64,000 nucleotides of DNA from the NCBI RefSeq assembly GCF_009914755.1, contig NC_060929.1; one strand, 5' to 3'. The DNA comes from the human T2T-CHM13v2.0 reference genome, Homo sapiens. Every line of letters begins with the position of its first letter. Within the stretch, counting starts at the first letter, position 1. The position numbers and the translations under genes were made by a program. Shown here piece after piece: positions 23,935 to 38,092 of the stretch. The notes beneath the pieces were generated by a model. That model saw nothing but the letters and a program-made list of their open reading frames with translations, was not told the DNA's origin and searched no databases.

Positions 23935-24150
23935 TGTTGGAGCCAGAGAGAGTGGATTTGACTTTGTATGCCACCACTTACTAGCTGCATGATCTTGGTT
24001 AAATTACAAAGATTCTGTGTCTTAGTTTGATTTTCCATTAGAGGTTACAGTAGCATCTACACAGAGCGAATGGGAAGACTAAATGAATCAATATATGTAA
24101 AATACGTTGTACATTGCCTAGCACATAATATGTAGTAAATATATTATGTA
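23935..24150 (+). mobile_element. MIR
   Basis: ccaccacttactagctgcatgatcttggttaaattac...taaatgaatcaatatatgtaaaa...tgcctagcacataa. Confidence 0.7.
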
Positions 24151-24394
24151 ATTATTGTAATCATAATCATTATTATTTTTTCCAGGTAAACATAGTTATT
24201 TCAGTGATTTTCTCAGCCATTGAAGATTAAGCTATGCCAAATTTAGGATCCCCCCTTCCCACCCTGGAATTTATACTAAACTTCTGGACCCTAACCGATA
24301 ATATCTACCCCAGGGGCTCTGTTTCAGGTCTGTGCTGCCTCTTTCTCCTCATCTCTGTCACCCTCGCTGTCTCTCTCATCAAACCTTTGCTTTC

Positions 24395-24660
24395 TAGGAC
24401 CACATCCTGACTTTTGTGGGCCTTAGATACATTTACCTTAACGGACTCCTTTCTCCATAAAAAGGTATTAAAATTATATTTTATAGCTGCATTATTAGAG
24501 AGATGACTGTATTCATACTATATATTAAAATACTTTCTTTGACCTACAAGTTTATTATTTTATTTTTTAAAAAGCAATTAAAATATTTTCATGGATTCCT
24601 AAAGGTATTGTAGACCCCAGGCACCATGCCTACTCTGTCTAATGAATAAGTCAGCCCTAC
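24395..24660. mobile_element. Probable hAT-Tip100-type MITE remnant
   Basis: The end ccccaggcaccatgcctactctgtctaatgaataagtcagcccta resembles a decayed CAGGGCCGG-type terminus, with AT-rich interior. Family is tentative. Confidence 0.4.
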
Positions 24661-26402
24661 TACACCTCACTCTTTTCTGCTACCGCAACAGGGCTGCAGA
24701 AACATCAGGTGGCTGTCTGCAGTCCTTCTATGCTCAGAAAAGTCTGGCTGCCCCTCCTGTTTTACAGCTGCCTAAATATAATGATGATGATGGAAGGGAC
24801 TTTTCTTCATGAAACCTACTGTGTACTAGAACCATATCCTCTCTATTCTCAAATTTCCAAACCACAAGAGATTCTATTGTGTTGTGTTATTTTGTACGCA
24901 TGTATATGCACACACATGAGCACGTACACATACACATGCCCCTCTTGGGAAATGGCTTTTCAAAATTGCCTCTCTCTAAGCCCCTGCTTTCCTTCCCAGC
25001 TCTGAGGAGAGAGAGTTGTATATGAAACTCAATCTGTATCTTATCTCCTTTTAAATATATTCTTTCTAACACTTGAACTATGTGCTTAAATTTGGAAACC
25101 AAAACTTTGGAGGTTCTTTATTTTCTGATTCCATATGTCTGGGAAAGGAAAGTACAAGTGAATGAATGGGGTTGGAGGGATAAAAGTGGGAAGAAACTCG
25201 TTGATTATTTTCCTCATTTCGTCCTACCATGCAAGTATTTAATACTATATAAGAGTAAGTTTAAATGTTTGTACAGAGTGGAATAGGAGAAGCCTGTGCA
25301 GCACACATTTTGCATATCCCAAATACCACTGAGTTCCTTTTGAAGACTTCGGAATGCCTAAAACATGCAAAAACATGACAATTAATTTTAGTGGGTTTCA
25401 TTATGTTTCCATGATAAATTTCTCAGGGTAAAAAAAAAATAAAAACACAACAAAAAAAACATACTCCTTAGGTACCTTTTGGTGAATAGATTGCTTTTGA
25501 CTCTCAGTGATGCAGGAAGTCACTGGTTAAGGATTCTTAAATAATGAAGCTTGATATGTTGCCTGGTGATTTATAATGATGGCTGATAAACTGATGATTT
25601 AATTGTGCTTCCTCTAGTAATAATCTTAAGTGCTCAAGTGAAGTTCCAGTGATTGGCTTTCTTCTGAACTCAGTCTCCCTGGAGTCTTTAGGCATCTCTT
25701 TTACACAACATCCGATAACTGACTTTTAACTGTTTCTATTTTAAATAATACAAATCAATTAAAACACACAGCTGTTTAACAAAACTTCTCAGTGTTGGTA
25801 TAGGTCTCAGTGGGTATTTCCTGATGGCTGATAATGACATCAATTTAGTGCACCTGGTAGTATCTGTGTGAACTGGAAGTGGTTTAATTCTTAAATGACG
25901 AGAAAATTAAGAAGGCTTTATGGATTGCTGCTGCTGCTGCTTCAGAATCACTGCCAGCTTCCTTTGCAGGCTTCCTTCATGGTGGAGCTTTATTTAAATG
26001 GGACTACAGATATCATGTGATTGTTTTCTCTGTAATTCACTGCTAATTTATTGAATCTGAGTTTCTAAGTATTAGCTGTGGGTATTAATAAGTCATTTAG
26101 GGGGCAGGTTTATGGCAGCACAATAAATGTATCTACCTTGCAGGCTTTTTGTAGAAACGTTCCTATGTTTTAGCAGTATTCAGTGATTCTGCCACACTTT
26201 ATTGTCTCAGGAGTGTGAGATATACTCTGTTTGTTATATCCTTACTTTGGTATCTTCGAGTAATAATGACAGTTCTGTTTGTCTCTGTCTCTACTAGCAA
26301 TTATTTTTAGATTATCAGTCTGTACATGCATTGTGACTTTTAATGTTTATTAAATGTTGATGCTATGGGTACCATACATGGTCAGGGTACTTTCCATATT
26401 CA

Positions 26403-26691
26403 TTTTTTTTTTTTTTTTTTTCAGACAGAGTCTTGCTCTGTCACCCAGGCTGGAGTGCAGTGACATGATCTCGGCTCACTGCAACCCTCGCCTCCCAGGT
26501 CAAGTGATTCTTATGCCTCAGCTTCCCAAGTAGCTGCGATTATAGTCATGCGCCACCATGCGTGTATTTTTAGTAGAGAAAAGGTTTCTCCCCATTAGCT
26601 TGGCTGGTCTTGAATTCTTGACCTTGAGTGATCCGCCAGCCTTGGCCTCCCAAAGTGCTGGGATTACAGGCGTGAGCCACCGCGCCCAGCC
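26403..26691 (-). mobile_element. AluS
   Basis: T19 tail, dimeric body, TSD-like atattca/atattcg followed by T-runs. Confidence 0.95.
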
Positions 26692-26835
26692 AATATTCGT
26701 TTTTTTATCCATTCGGAAATGTTTACTGTCATTCATACTCCATTGTGCTTTTCCTGTTTGGGGAAACAAAAGCACATTTTAATGAATTCTGTTTGTTCCT
26801 TAGACTTCCCCTACATTAAGAAATATATGAAGAAT

Positions 26836-26962
26836 GGCCAGGCATGGTGGCTCATAACTGCAATCACAGCTACTCAGGAGGCCGAGGTGGGAGGATTGCT
26901 TGAGCCTAGGAGTTTGAGGCTAGCCTAGGTAACATAACAAGACCCCATCTCTTAAAAAAAAA
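26836..26962 (+). mobile_element. FLAM / AluJ monomer
   Basis: ggccaggcatggtggctca...ggaggattgcttgagcctaggagtttgagg...A-tail. Confidence 0.88.
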
Positions 26963-27032
26963 TGGTTATTTGGGTGTAACTGATTTTTACCAGAAGTCTC
27001 CAGAAATCTCACCTTTAAAAAAAAGGCATATG

Positions 27033-27344
27033 GGCCAGGCATGGTGGCTTACACCTGTAATTGTAATCCCAGCACTTTAGGAGGCCAAGGCAGGTAGATC
27101 ACTTGAGGTCAGGAGTTCGAGACCAGCCTGGCTAACATGGGGAAACCCTGTCTCTACTAAAAATACAAAAATTAGCCAGGTGTGGTGGTGGGCACCTGTA
27201 ATCTCAGCTACTTGGGAGGGTGAGGCAGGAGAATCACTTGAACTGTCGGGAAGCAGAGGTTGCAGTGAGCAGAGATCATGCCACTGCACTCCAGCTTGGC
27301 AGCCTGGGCAACAGAGTGAGACTGTCTACAAAAAAAAAAAAAAA
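27033..27344 (+). mobile_element. AluS
   Basis: Full dimer with A-tail; TSD aaaaggcatatg / aaaagcatatg. Confidence 0.95.
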
Positions 27345-27384
27345 GCATATGAAACTTCTTTCTCACTATCTTTCACTAAGTAAT

Positions 27385-27712
<328 letters not shown>

Positions 27713-29424
27713 TAAAACTTTTTTGGCTTTACACCTTGGAGTGTTTGTGGAAAGTCCTAAATGCATATTGAATGCTATTTAGGCATTGGTATAACAGTGC
27801 TTTCTCATCCAGCTTTTACTTTCTAAAATTTTCTGACCACTAACCGCTCATTAAGTGTTTAATCTAAATAAAATGGGAGTTGATTTATTATTGGATTCCT
27901 ATTGTATTGATTTCTAAGATGTTTTATCCCATTTTAATGGGAGCTTAAGATATATAGCTAAACAGGATATATTTCTTATAAATAACCAGGATGCTGGATT
28001 TGGGTCTTATTACTTCTTTAAGTTGAAGTTTATTTCACTACATAATAAAAACAAGAGGCTGGTTAATGTTCTTTGTTATGTGTACATCTGGTTGAGCAGA
28101 ATATTGCTTAGCTTTTTACCATCAAAGTTACACTTTTGACTCAGCACATGCTTTGAATGTATACAAAGGCCTTCTTTTAAAGAATCTCCCAGCATTTCAT
28201 TGATCCCTGGAATTACTATTTCTTGAAAAGGAACAGCTTATCAATACAAAAATAAAATACCATTTAAAATATTGAATAATTAATTTTAATATTATTCATC
28301 TTAGCACGTTTCATTTTGATAATTACCTACCATCAATTATTATTTTTTAATAAACATCTTAGTCCCCAAACTTCAAGTCTGAGGAATATTTATATTCTTA
28401 TTTCCAGTTTTTGAGAAAGAGGTTAATGGCGGGTACACAATAAAGCAACAGCTTGGAGCAGGTGGAGAAGCCTGGGGGCTGGGGGTGAGGACCAGAGGCA
28501 GGCAGAGGACCTGGAGGGGAAATGGAACACAGGCTCTGCTGCTACACTTACCCGTGTATGTTTTGAGTCCTTAGTAAGGAGTATATGCTACCTCAGAAAG
28601 ATGCTATTTGTTTTATCTTTTTTTTTTGTACAATAGTTGCTGTATACACATAATTCCACCATGCAGTTATTGCACATTATTTTCTTCCCACTTTCTACTC
28701 CCTTCAACTTCTCTTCTCACTTGTCATTTTCTCTGGTTCTCTCCCATGTCAGCTGCAAAATTCTCCATATTACATTTGCAGCCTGTATTTTTTAGTTAAA
28801 AAGTTGGTCAATAAATAGAGATAATACCAAAGTATATAAAGTAGTTGTGCCAGTTACATTTTTTTGTAAGCTGATGTTATTTTTTTCAGTATATTAATGC
28901 AGTGTTACTTCCCTTAGTCCAATCTGAATTCCAAAACTATTTCAAGTGGTTTGTATACATACATTCTCATATGCTAATAATACATACATATACTATAACC
29001 ATCAAAGCAAGTGAATAATAACTAAATGGTGGATGGGAAAAGGCAGTTTTAATAGAAAACATAAACTAAGGAAAGATTTTGAGCTTTCTAAAATAACAAA
29101 TAACAAGGGAGAGCCAATTAAATACATTGCTTTCATTCTGTTACAGAAGGAAACAGACAAGATTATCAGGAGAGACAGACTTTTTCTTGTATTAAATTCT
29201 AGATCGATCATTTCACAACTATGGAAAAATAGTCTTCTTTATAGATACCACTTAAACCAATTCCAAGAGATGGGGAGGGGTGATGCTCAGTTGTAGTTGT
29301 GTGAGAGTGTTACACTAATGTACTCTGTGTGTGTAGGTTTACACTGTTAAAGTCTTTACTGGCAGCTTACTGTTCAAATTCAGCCTACAGATGCTATTTT
29401 AAGTGTTTTGAAATGTTTTTTAAC

Positions 29425-29733
<309 letters not shown>

Positions 29734-29989
29734 GTTTTTAATTTGAATAACTTTAGACTGGATACTTGCTCCATAGTTAATCATGGGCACCTCCTCTCCC
29801 TATTTCCTCCTACTGTCTATTTCACTTATTTACTTTGCCTGCCTGTCTTCAAAAAGCATTTGAGTTTGCCTATTCTTGCAAGATGCAAAGAAAGAGCCTA
29901 GAGATTCTGTATGGATCTGAGCATCTCAGTACATATTTTGCGCTGTCTTCAAATAAAAGTGGTATGATCTGGGCTTAAAATTCTTTATA

Positions 29990-30582
29990 ATCATTTTTTC
30001 TGATTGAAAAAATAATATATACTGAAAATTTTAAATAAAATACAAAATATCATAAAGAAGAATTATTCATAATCCCAAATGTTAAAAGTTACCACTGTTA
30101 ACCTTTCAGTGCATAGCTTTCCAGAAGTTTATATATAGCTTTATCTATAATGTATATTCATATATATTATATATAAAAATACACATGCAAATGAATCATA
30201 CTATGCACCCTTTTATTTTGAAATTTACATCACAGACATTTTTGCATCCCAATATTTAAATACATCTTCATTTTCCCTTTAATAGTTGTGTAGAATTCCG
30301 ACCAGGCATGGTGGCTTATGCCTGTAATCCTAGCACTTTGGGAGGCCGAGGTGGGCGGATCACGAGGTCAAGAGATCGAGACCATCCTGGCAAACATGGT
30401 GAAACCCTGTCTCTACTAAAAATACAAAAATTAGCTGGGTGTGGTGGCGGGCGCCTGTAGTGCCAGCTACTTAGGAGGCTGAGGCAGGAGAATGGTGTGA
30501 ACCCAGGAGGAGGCAGAGCTTGCAGTGAGCCGAGATCACACCACTGCACTCCAGCCTGGGCAACAGAGTGAGACTCCATCTC

Positions 30583-30613
<31 letters not shown>

Positions 30614-30950
30614 GGAGAATTCCATTGTAAGGTAAGGTCGTAATTGTTTTAACCAATTTTATGTTGTGAACACTGAGTTTTTTAAAAATGTGCATTATAA
30701 ACAAATTTCTAAGTGAACATCCTTGTATATATAATTGATGCAATTGTCAAATATTATTTGGAATAAATTCTTAGAAGTGGAATTGGTGAGTCAATGAATA
30801 TTCACATTTTAAAGGTTTTGTTAGATATTCCCATATCAATCTCAGAAAAGATGTACTAATTCTAAGATGCCAGCAGTGTCTTAGAGTACTCATTTCTCAA
30901 AGTGCTCACTGATACTGATCATAATCATTCTTCTTAATGTGTTACAGTCT
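29990..30950 (-). mobile_element. L1ME-like fragment
   Basis: accactgttaacc...aaattcttagaagtggaattggtgagtcaa...cagcagtgtcttagagtactcatttc. Confidence 0.65.
30300..30610 (+). mobile_element. AluSc/Y-like
   Basis: ggatcacgaggtcaagagatcgagaccatcctgg; long A-tail; TSD-like agaattcc on both sides. Confidence 0.95.
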
Positions 30951-31289
30951 GATGTCAACCAGTCTTTTGATTGGAGTCACGTATCAATCAACTTAACACT
31001 GAAGTTACTGATAAATAGCTGAAATGTAGGTTTTTCTTGCAATTGATTGGCACATACATTTTAGACACTGGAGTAGTGGACCTACTGTCAGAATTAAAGG
31101 GTCTGATTTATATTCTTGCCAAAGCTGAACATTGTTTCTGCTGTCCAGAGTTGGTCTGTGGGAGTACCTGCCAGCAGGGCTGGGCTTTTCTTTGTAAAAT
31201 TCATTATATTTGCATAAATGGTTGAGCAGAACTCCATGGAAGCCCTTAAGGTCTGCTCTTTTAAGCACGGAAATACTACTTCACACATA

Positions 31290-31480
31290 TTCTTTCACTT
31301 AGTCTTTGAACACCCTTATGAGGTTGATACTATTCTCCACACTTTAGAGAAGGGGAAACTGAGACACAAAAAGATTAAGTAACATGTTGGAGGTCAGACA
31401 TCTAAGTAAGAGAACTGGAATTAGAACTCAGATGCCATACTAGGGAGCTCACGTCTTTAACCATTATGTTTTACCTTCTC
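31290..31480 (-). mobile_element. MIR
   Basis: gaggttgatactattctccacactttagagaaggggaaactgagacacaaaaagattaagtaac. Confidence 0.75.
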
Positions 31481-32269
31481 CCACAATAACAATCTTATTC
31501 TCAAAACGGTATTGTATTATTATTTTAAAGCAGAACTGATGAAGTTTTAGGTCATGAACCCCTTTTGAGAATATCAGGAAAGCTCTGGACTCTTTCCCCA
31601 GACACACAAACTATTGCAGCCCTAATCAGGAGTCCCCTAGGACTCGTCAGGACATCCAAATCCTTGGAACTTGTAATAGCTGTAGTGGATTAAAACTCAA
31701 CTTCCAATCTGCCCTTCTTCTCTCATGCCCTTCCTGTACAGCAGACACTGGAAAGCTAATACACAGTTCTCACACGTCTCAAATAGGGGCCTGAATTTGG
31801 TTCAGGAATATCATAGTAGATGCATTTGTGCAGGATTTGGAAGGCAGAAGCATGTGGAAACTGCTCTTGTCAGAAGCATTTCTGGCATGGAGGTTGTCTA
31901 CGTGACCTTCACAGAGGCTTCACTGTCCAGAGGACGGGGCATCCATTTTGCTGGTGGGAGTTGTAGCAGGTGTGCTGTGGCTCTGGAGGTGGCCACATAC
32001 GGTCAGGTTTTTGTTCACTGGAGTGGGGATGTGATTCTAGAATGACAGATTCCTGACCTGAGAAGAGGCGGTAGGTTGGATGGTGTTCAGTTCTGCAGGA
32101 TTGCTTCAGGAATTTTTCCTGGAAAGTCATCTAGAATTTGTTTATTCAGTCCTCTCTCCCTATTCAACTAGCCAGAGAGCTTCAAGTAGAGAATAGATTC
32201 TGGTTTTTGCAACTGAACATTGACTGATACCATATTATATAGCTTGACCCAAAGAGAGTTTCTTCAACA

Positions 32270-32520
32270 GGTTAGGGGTTGGGCTCTGGAGTCAGAAACA
32301 CTTGGGTTCTTACTCAGGTTCTTCTACTTATTAGCAGTGTGACCGAGGACAGTTATTAGGCGTTTCACCTTCCTCATCTGCAAAATAGGAAATTATTTCT
32401 ACATAAGGAATATTATGAGGATGATTCCAGTGGGTTGTTATGAGAATTATGTGAGTTAGTGCATGTTATTTGCTTAGCATTGTGGGGCACATAGTTGATA
32501 CTATGAATATTTATTATCAT
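32270..32520 (+). mobile_element. MIR
   Basis: gggctctggagtcagaaacacttgggttc...ttcctcatctgcaaaatagg. Confidence 0.75.
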
Positions 32521-35340
32521 TAATCCATAAATATCATGGAAAGGAAAAGCAGTGGACACAATTTCTATTCTATATAAAATAAAGCACTGCTGGTCAATAG
32601 AATTGTTGAGCTTCAGGTTTCCTACAGCTGTGCATTCACAGGCCAAGGCTTACAGCTTATTGAGGAGAAAGCTGACATAGTATACTTAGTACATTTACTT
32701 ACCTACATAATGAATTGTGTCATTTTCATTCAAAAGAAGACTTAAAAAACTGAATTCTCTGGTAGTAAAATTTCTTTCTCAGGAGAGACCTTCAGCTTTA
32801 GATGATTAGTTGGATATGCTGTTTACTATGAGGTGGGGTTGGCAGATCACAATAGGTATGTCCCAAGGCTACAATGGCAGCAGAATAGCCCATCTGGGCC
32901 TCAGTGAGAATCTGCCTCCATAGTGCTTCTCCCCCAACCGTGCCATTAGCAGTTGCATTCTACAATCTAAAGTTGTTATTGGGCCTGTACCTAAACCTAC
33001 AGCTTCCCATTGAAATACAGATGTATCTTAGTATGTCCTACAGTTCATCTAGAATTGGATAGTGTCAGTATTGTACTCAATTTTTTAAACCACTTGTTGG
33101 TGAAAGGAGTTAAATTGAATACATGTCTAAGTAGCTTCCTCTCATCAATAGGCTCATTTTCTGACAGATTTTCTCTCCTATCTCCATCCCTAGCCCTATT
33201 CAAATCATCTTTAATAACTGAGATTGCAGTGATCTGTCCTTCACAGCCTCACACGGCAGTTTGGGTTTTTCAAATTTAAACTTGTTCGTATACAGCTAGG
33301 GTAAAACCTCTACTGGAGGATAGTCAGAACAAGGCAAAGCCTTAGACTGTAGAAGGTCGCATATGGTAATCCATGTAGAGGTTTTTACAGCTTTCCCTCC
33401 CCTACCTCTACTTAAAGGTCTTCATGCGATCAAATTAATTGTAAGCAGCTGTTAAAGGATTGCAAGCAACTGTTAAAGGAGAAAATAAGTTTAAGGGTGA
33501 GTTCTATAAAATAATCACTTTTGATTCGCCAAAGTCTATCTCATTGGTAGAAATAAACAGCAAAATCAAATTATTTTTTACATAAAAAAATTAATTTCAA
33601 TTTCTTCACAAGCATGTTTGACATCAGTTCCTTTATCGGATGATAAAGAATAGAAAGGCTAAATGATCAACAGTGATAGTTTCTTGGATATGCAAATGAC
33701 AGTTCTCCTTGGACTTTGCTTTAGGAGAATTAAGTCGTAACTTTACACAAGTTTGGTGAAATGTTTTCCCTATTTATCAAGGCTGTCCCCACAGCTGTGG
33801 ACCATGGGGGAACAAATTGTCTCACAATAGGTCTTTCTTCTGTTGATGAAGCTTTAATAAAATCATCATTTCTTGTACTCCTGTCTCAAGAAATTATTGT
33901 GTCAACTAACTTGCGTTTCATACTGGGTTCAGGAAAGCCCCATATGTGAGTGGAGACACATTGGAACTATTATTTGTGTGTGTTAGGGTGTGTGTGTGGG
34001 GAAAGGGACACATTTGGAAGAAGCCAAGTAAAATAGGTGGGTCTTTGGAGCCCTCTACCTTACTTCAATCAGAGTACCTCCATTTTCTTCTGTTTTATGG
34101 TATCTTAAGAGGTCTTATTTGCAGAAAGTGTTCTGCTGCTTTAAAATGTTTGTAAATGGCTAAGCTAGAGGGCACATCGCCTAGATGTTATTTGAAAGAT
34201 TGTCAAGTTAAAGGCAGGCAGCTGACACTGACTTGGGTTTGGACAAAGGGAATTTTAGTATTAAGATATGAACTTAAATATTCCGGATTCAACAGGTCTA
34301 TATTTTAAGAGAGTTATCGGGAATATGTAAGTCCATTTTGTTTCTTAAAAGTTGCTCAGAAAAAAAAAGTCTTTTGATCTTAACTGAGATCAGTGTGGCC
34401 AGGCCTACCTTTTCATCTGCTAAAATTATTTTGTTGAGTGATTGAATAAAAACAGTGCTTAGATCCCACAGCCTTGGATATTGGATAGTATGGATTTCAT
34501 TCTTTCACAAGGAGGCAGTTTCTAACCTCTAAAAGTAGGGCCCAAAAAGAAGGTGATCAGGGCTTTTGAATTTAGTTCTTTTTCCTGGCATTTTATAGGA
34601 GACAGGCTTTTGGCCCTGTAGGTATGCTCTGGAACTCCCTTGGAATCAGAAAATGTAGCCAGTTAACTTGGAAACTAAGGAGCTTAAGTTTCCATCGCTG
34701 CCAATAGTGACTCCCTTGCTTCTGGGTTATTAAGCTAACCTAGCTAACTTGTACCTTTGATAAAGATGGCCAAACTGCACATGTACCAAAGTGGCTCAGG
34801 GAAGTCACCCAGGTCACCCCATCTTCCTTGCTTATTCACAGTCTGCTTTCACTCTTGTCTCATTGTTGCCTGGCTTCAAACACTTCAAGCACTTTGCTTT
34901 GTAACCTAGTGTTGACCCTGCTGGTCCCATGAACTTGGTATTTGAGAGTAGACTTCTTGATGCACAAGCCTGAGCTCTCTCTTGCCAACATTTGCTTTGA
35001 TATTGGTTCCCTATGTTACTTGAAAAAAATTCCTCCTGTCTTTTTCTGGCTTGCAAACAATACTCTATCCCCAGACTTGGCAGGACCTCTCTAATCATAC
35101 CAAACTCTTTTTAGCCAGAATTGGACAGAGACTAAAGAAATCTGAAGTATAGCATAACCAACCAGTCACTGAGATGGGAGGTTTTCTAAACCAGTCAAAA
35201 GACACTGGTGACTGTCTGGGTGATGGTTTGCAAATCTTAAGGGAGCAAAGTTTAGGTCATTGAGGGTCAGCCCAGAGGAGATCTTGGAGGGGTTTGTATG
35301 GGAAGGCAAAGACTATGTTTATCACGAGTTTACGTGTGCT

Positions 35341-37135
35341 CCCATTCCTTCCTCCTCTCAGTTGTTGGCAACCACTAATTTAACTTTTTTCTCTATAGAG
35401 TTGCTTATTCTGGAGATTTTATATCAATGAAATCAAACAATATGTGGCCTTTTGCTTATAGCTTCTTTCATTTGGCATGTTTTCAAGGTTCACCCATGTT
35501 GTAACACATATAAGTACTTTATTCCTTTTGACAGCTGAGTAACATTCCATTATAATAGATATATGACATTTTGTTTATCCATTCATCAGTTGATGAACAT
35601 TTTGGTTGTTTCTACTTTGTGACTGTTATGAACAATGCTACTATGAAGATTTGTGTACAAGTTTTTATATGAATATGTTTTCAGTTTTCTTGTGTATATA
35701 ACCTAGCAGTAGAATTTCTGGGTCATGTAGTAACACTATGATTTAATTTCAAGTAACTACCAAACTAAGTTTTACAGAGGCATCACCATTTTATATTCCC
35801 ACCAGGAATGTATGAGGGTTACAGTTTCTCCCCATCTTTGCCAATTCTGGTCCACTTGGCATTATCTTTCTTTTAAATTACAGCTATTCCACTGGGTGTG
35901 AAGTATCCAATTGTGGTTTTGATTTGCACTTAGCTAATGTCTAATGATGTTGAGTATTTTTTCATGTGCTTATCAGCCATTTGTATTTCTTCTTTGGAGA
36001 AATGTATACTCAAATCCTTTGTGCACTTTAAAATTAGTTTTTTTTCATTGTCGAGTGATGAGAGTTTTAAAGTATATTTTGAATACTAGACCCTTATTGA
36101 CTATATGATTTGCAAATTTTCTCCCATTCCATTGGTTGTCTTTTCCCTCTCTTGATAGCGTTCTTTGGCTCACAAAAGTTTTTTATGTAGGTAAAGTCCA
36201 ATTTATCTATTTTTTTATTAGATTTATTTCGCCTTAGGTATTATATCTACAAAACTGTTACGTATCCTAAGGGCACAAAGATTAAACCCTATGTGGTCTT
36301 CTAAGAGTTTTATGGTTTTAGCTTTTACATTTAGGTCTTTCATCTATTTTAACTTATTTTTGTATGTAGCAATGAGGTAGGGGTGCAAATTCATTCTTTT
36401 GCATGTACTAATAAATATCCAGTAGTCTCTGAACCATTATTTGTAAAGACTATTCTTTTCCCACTTAATTATCTTGGCACCCTTGTCAAAAATCAATTTA
36501 CCATAGATGTATGCATTTATTTCTGGACGCCAAATTCTATTCCACTGTTTCATATGCCTATCCTTTGTCAGCGTCACACTGTCTTGTTTACTGTGGCTTT
36601 ATAACAGTCATTTTTTGAAATTGGGAAACGTAAGCCCACCAACTTTGTTCTTCTTTTTGAAGATTGTTTTCGCTAGCTTTGGTTCTATGCATTTCCATAT
36701 GAATCTTAGCATCAGTTTCTCAATTTCTGCGAAAATGTCAGTTGGAATTTTGATATGGATTGCACTGGAGCTATACTTCAATTTGAGGAGAATTGCCATC
36801 TTAACAAGATTCTATCTTCCAATTCATCAATACGGAATGTCTTTCCATTTACTTAGCTCCTCTCAATTTCTTTCAACACTGTTGTATAGATTTTCAGGTG
36901 ACAAGTCTTGAATTTTTTCATTAAATTTATTCCTACATATTTTGTTCTTTTTGATGCTGTTGTGAATGAAATTGTTTTCTTAATTTCATTTTCATATTGT
37001 TCTCTGCTAGTGTAGAAATACAACTGATTTTTTGTGTGTATTTTTTTGTATCCTGTAACCTTGCTGAACTCTTTTATTAGGTCTAATAGTTTTTTGTGGA
37101 TTTATTAAGATTTTCTATATAAAAGATCATGTCAT
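35341..37135 (-). mobile_element. L1MB-like fragment with degenerate ORF2 C-terminal region
   Basis: ORF 36608-36799(-) MAILLKLKY...FAEIEKLMLRFIWK...AKTIFKKKNKVGGLTFPNFK is L1 ORF2-like; 3' UTR text at the left end. Confidence 0.88.
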
Positions 37136-37238
37136 TATGGCATGTCTTGATTTTTGATGACAGAGAGAATACAGGTAATAGCATGTTGTCTGAAAAAGAA
37201 ATTGTTCAAGAACTAAAATTCTCTAACCCTAACCAGCT

Positions 37239-37338
37239 TATCTATCTATCTATCTATCTGTCTATCTACCTACCTACCTACCTACCTACCTACCTACCTA
37301 CCTACCTGCCTATCTACCTATCTGTCTGTCTGTCTGTC
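37239..37338. repeat. Compound (TATC)/(TACC)/(TGTC) tetranucleotide repeat
   Basis: Direct reading of the sequence. Confidence 0.95.
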
Positions 37339-37508
37339 TTTCTTGGGAATATGACCTGTGCCTGTGTCCATCCTTTGGTATTTGGATGTGGCATGAATCC
37401 TATTTACATTACTTCCCATTGTCCTCTCAGTCGTTTTCTTCCCACCCACCTTCTCCAATGGTTAATTGCATCCTTCTCTGATTATACCTTACCTCTCTGT
37501 CCCATTAT

Positions 37509-37526
37509 TTTCTTTCTTTCTTTCTT

Positions 37527-37577
<51 letters not shown>
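37509..37577. repeat. Compound (TTTC)n(TCTA)12 STR
   Basis: Direct reading; pure TCTA run 37527-37574. Confidence 0.95.
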
Positions 37578-38092
37578 CTATAGATAAAATGATTTGTTCA
37601 ACCAAACTAAGTTCTTTTTACTGTATCACATTCAGCAGTTCAGGTGACTTACCTCAGCTGAGTTTCAGTACCCTGAGAACTCTTTTTGCAAAGGACTGGA
37701 GTTTAGTAAGAAGTCCATTTCTTGATCTATGATGTTTTCCTCAATTCCTGGCTAATGCCTGGTATTGTGTGCCCTGTTCATGGAAAAATAGAACTCCTCA
37801 CATACTTTAGAGTGAAATATGAGGGAAATTGAGAAGCATAGGAGGATTGGGCCTGGGGAAGGTTGACTAAGGGGATTTAGCTGGTAATGCAGAGTATTTT
37901 CCTTGAGATTTTCATTTAATTCACTTGCTTAATTGTAGGTTTTTGTGGAAATTTACTTTTTAGACATTCTTACTAAATAATATTAGACTACATAAAGAGG
38001 GAGTGGTATAAAAAATTTACCTTTGCTCAAGTGAGGTAGAAGGTGAGCAAAAGAAACCAGATTTGCATTTAATAAACAAAATAGAATGCTAA

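Noticed and set aside
24172-24191. Possible recursive splice site ttttttccAG|GTAAAC (also gcAG|GTAAAG at ~17035)
   Set aside because: The reconstituted donors lack +5 G and the second site is ordinary MIR sequence; expected by chance.
36507-36911. ORF2-like peptides suggesting an active L1
   Set aside because: Short, frameshifted, 5'-truncated remnants of an old L1M; not functional.
37129-37732. 152-aa and 88-aa ORFs
   Set aside because: Kept open by tetranucleotide repeats (YLSI/YLPT runs); not protein-like.
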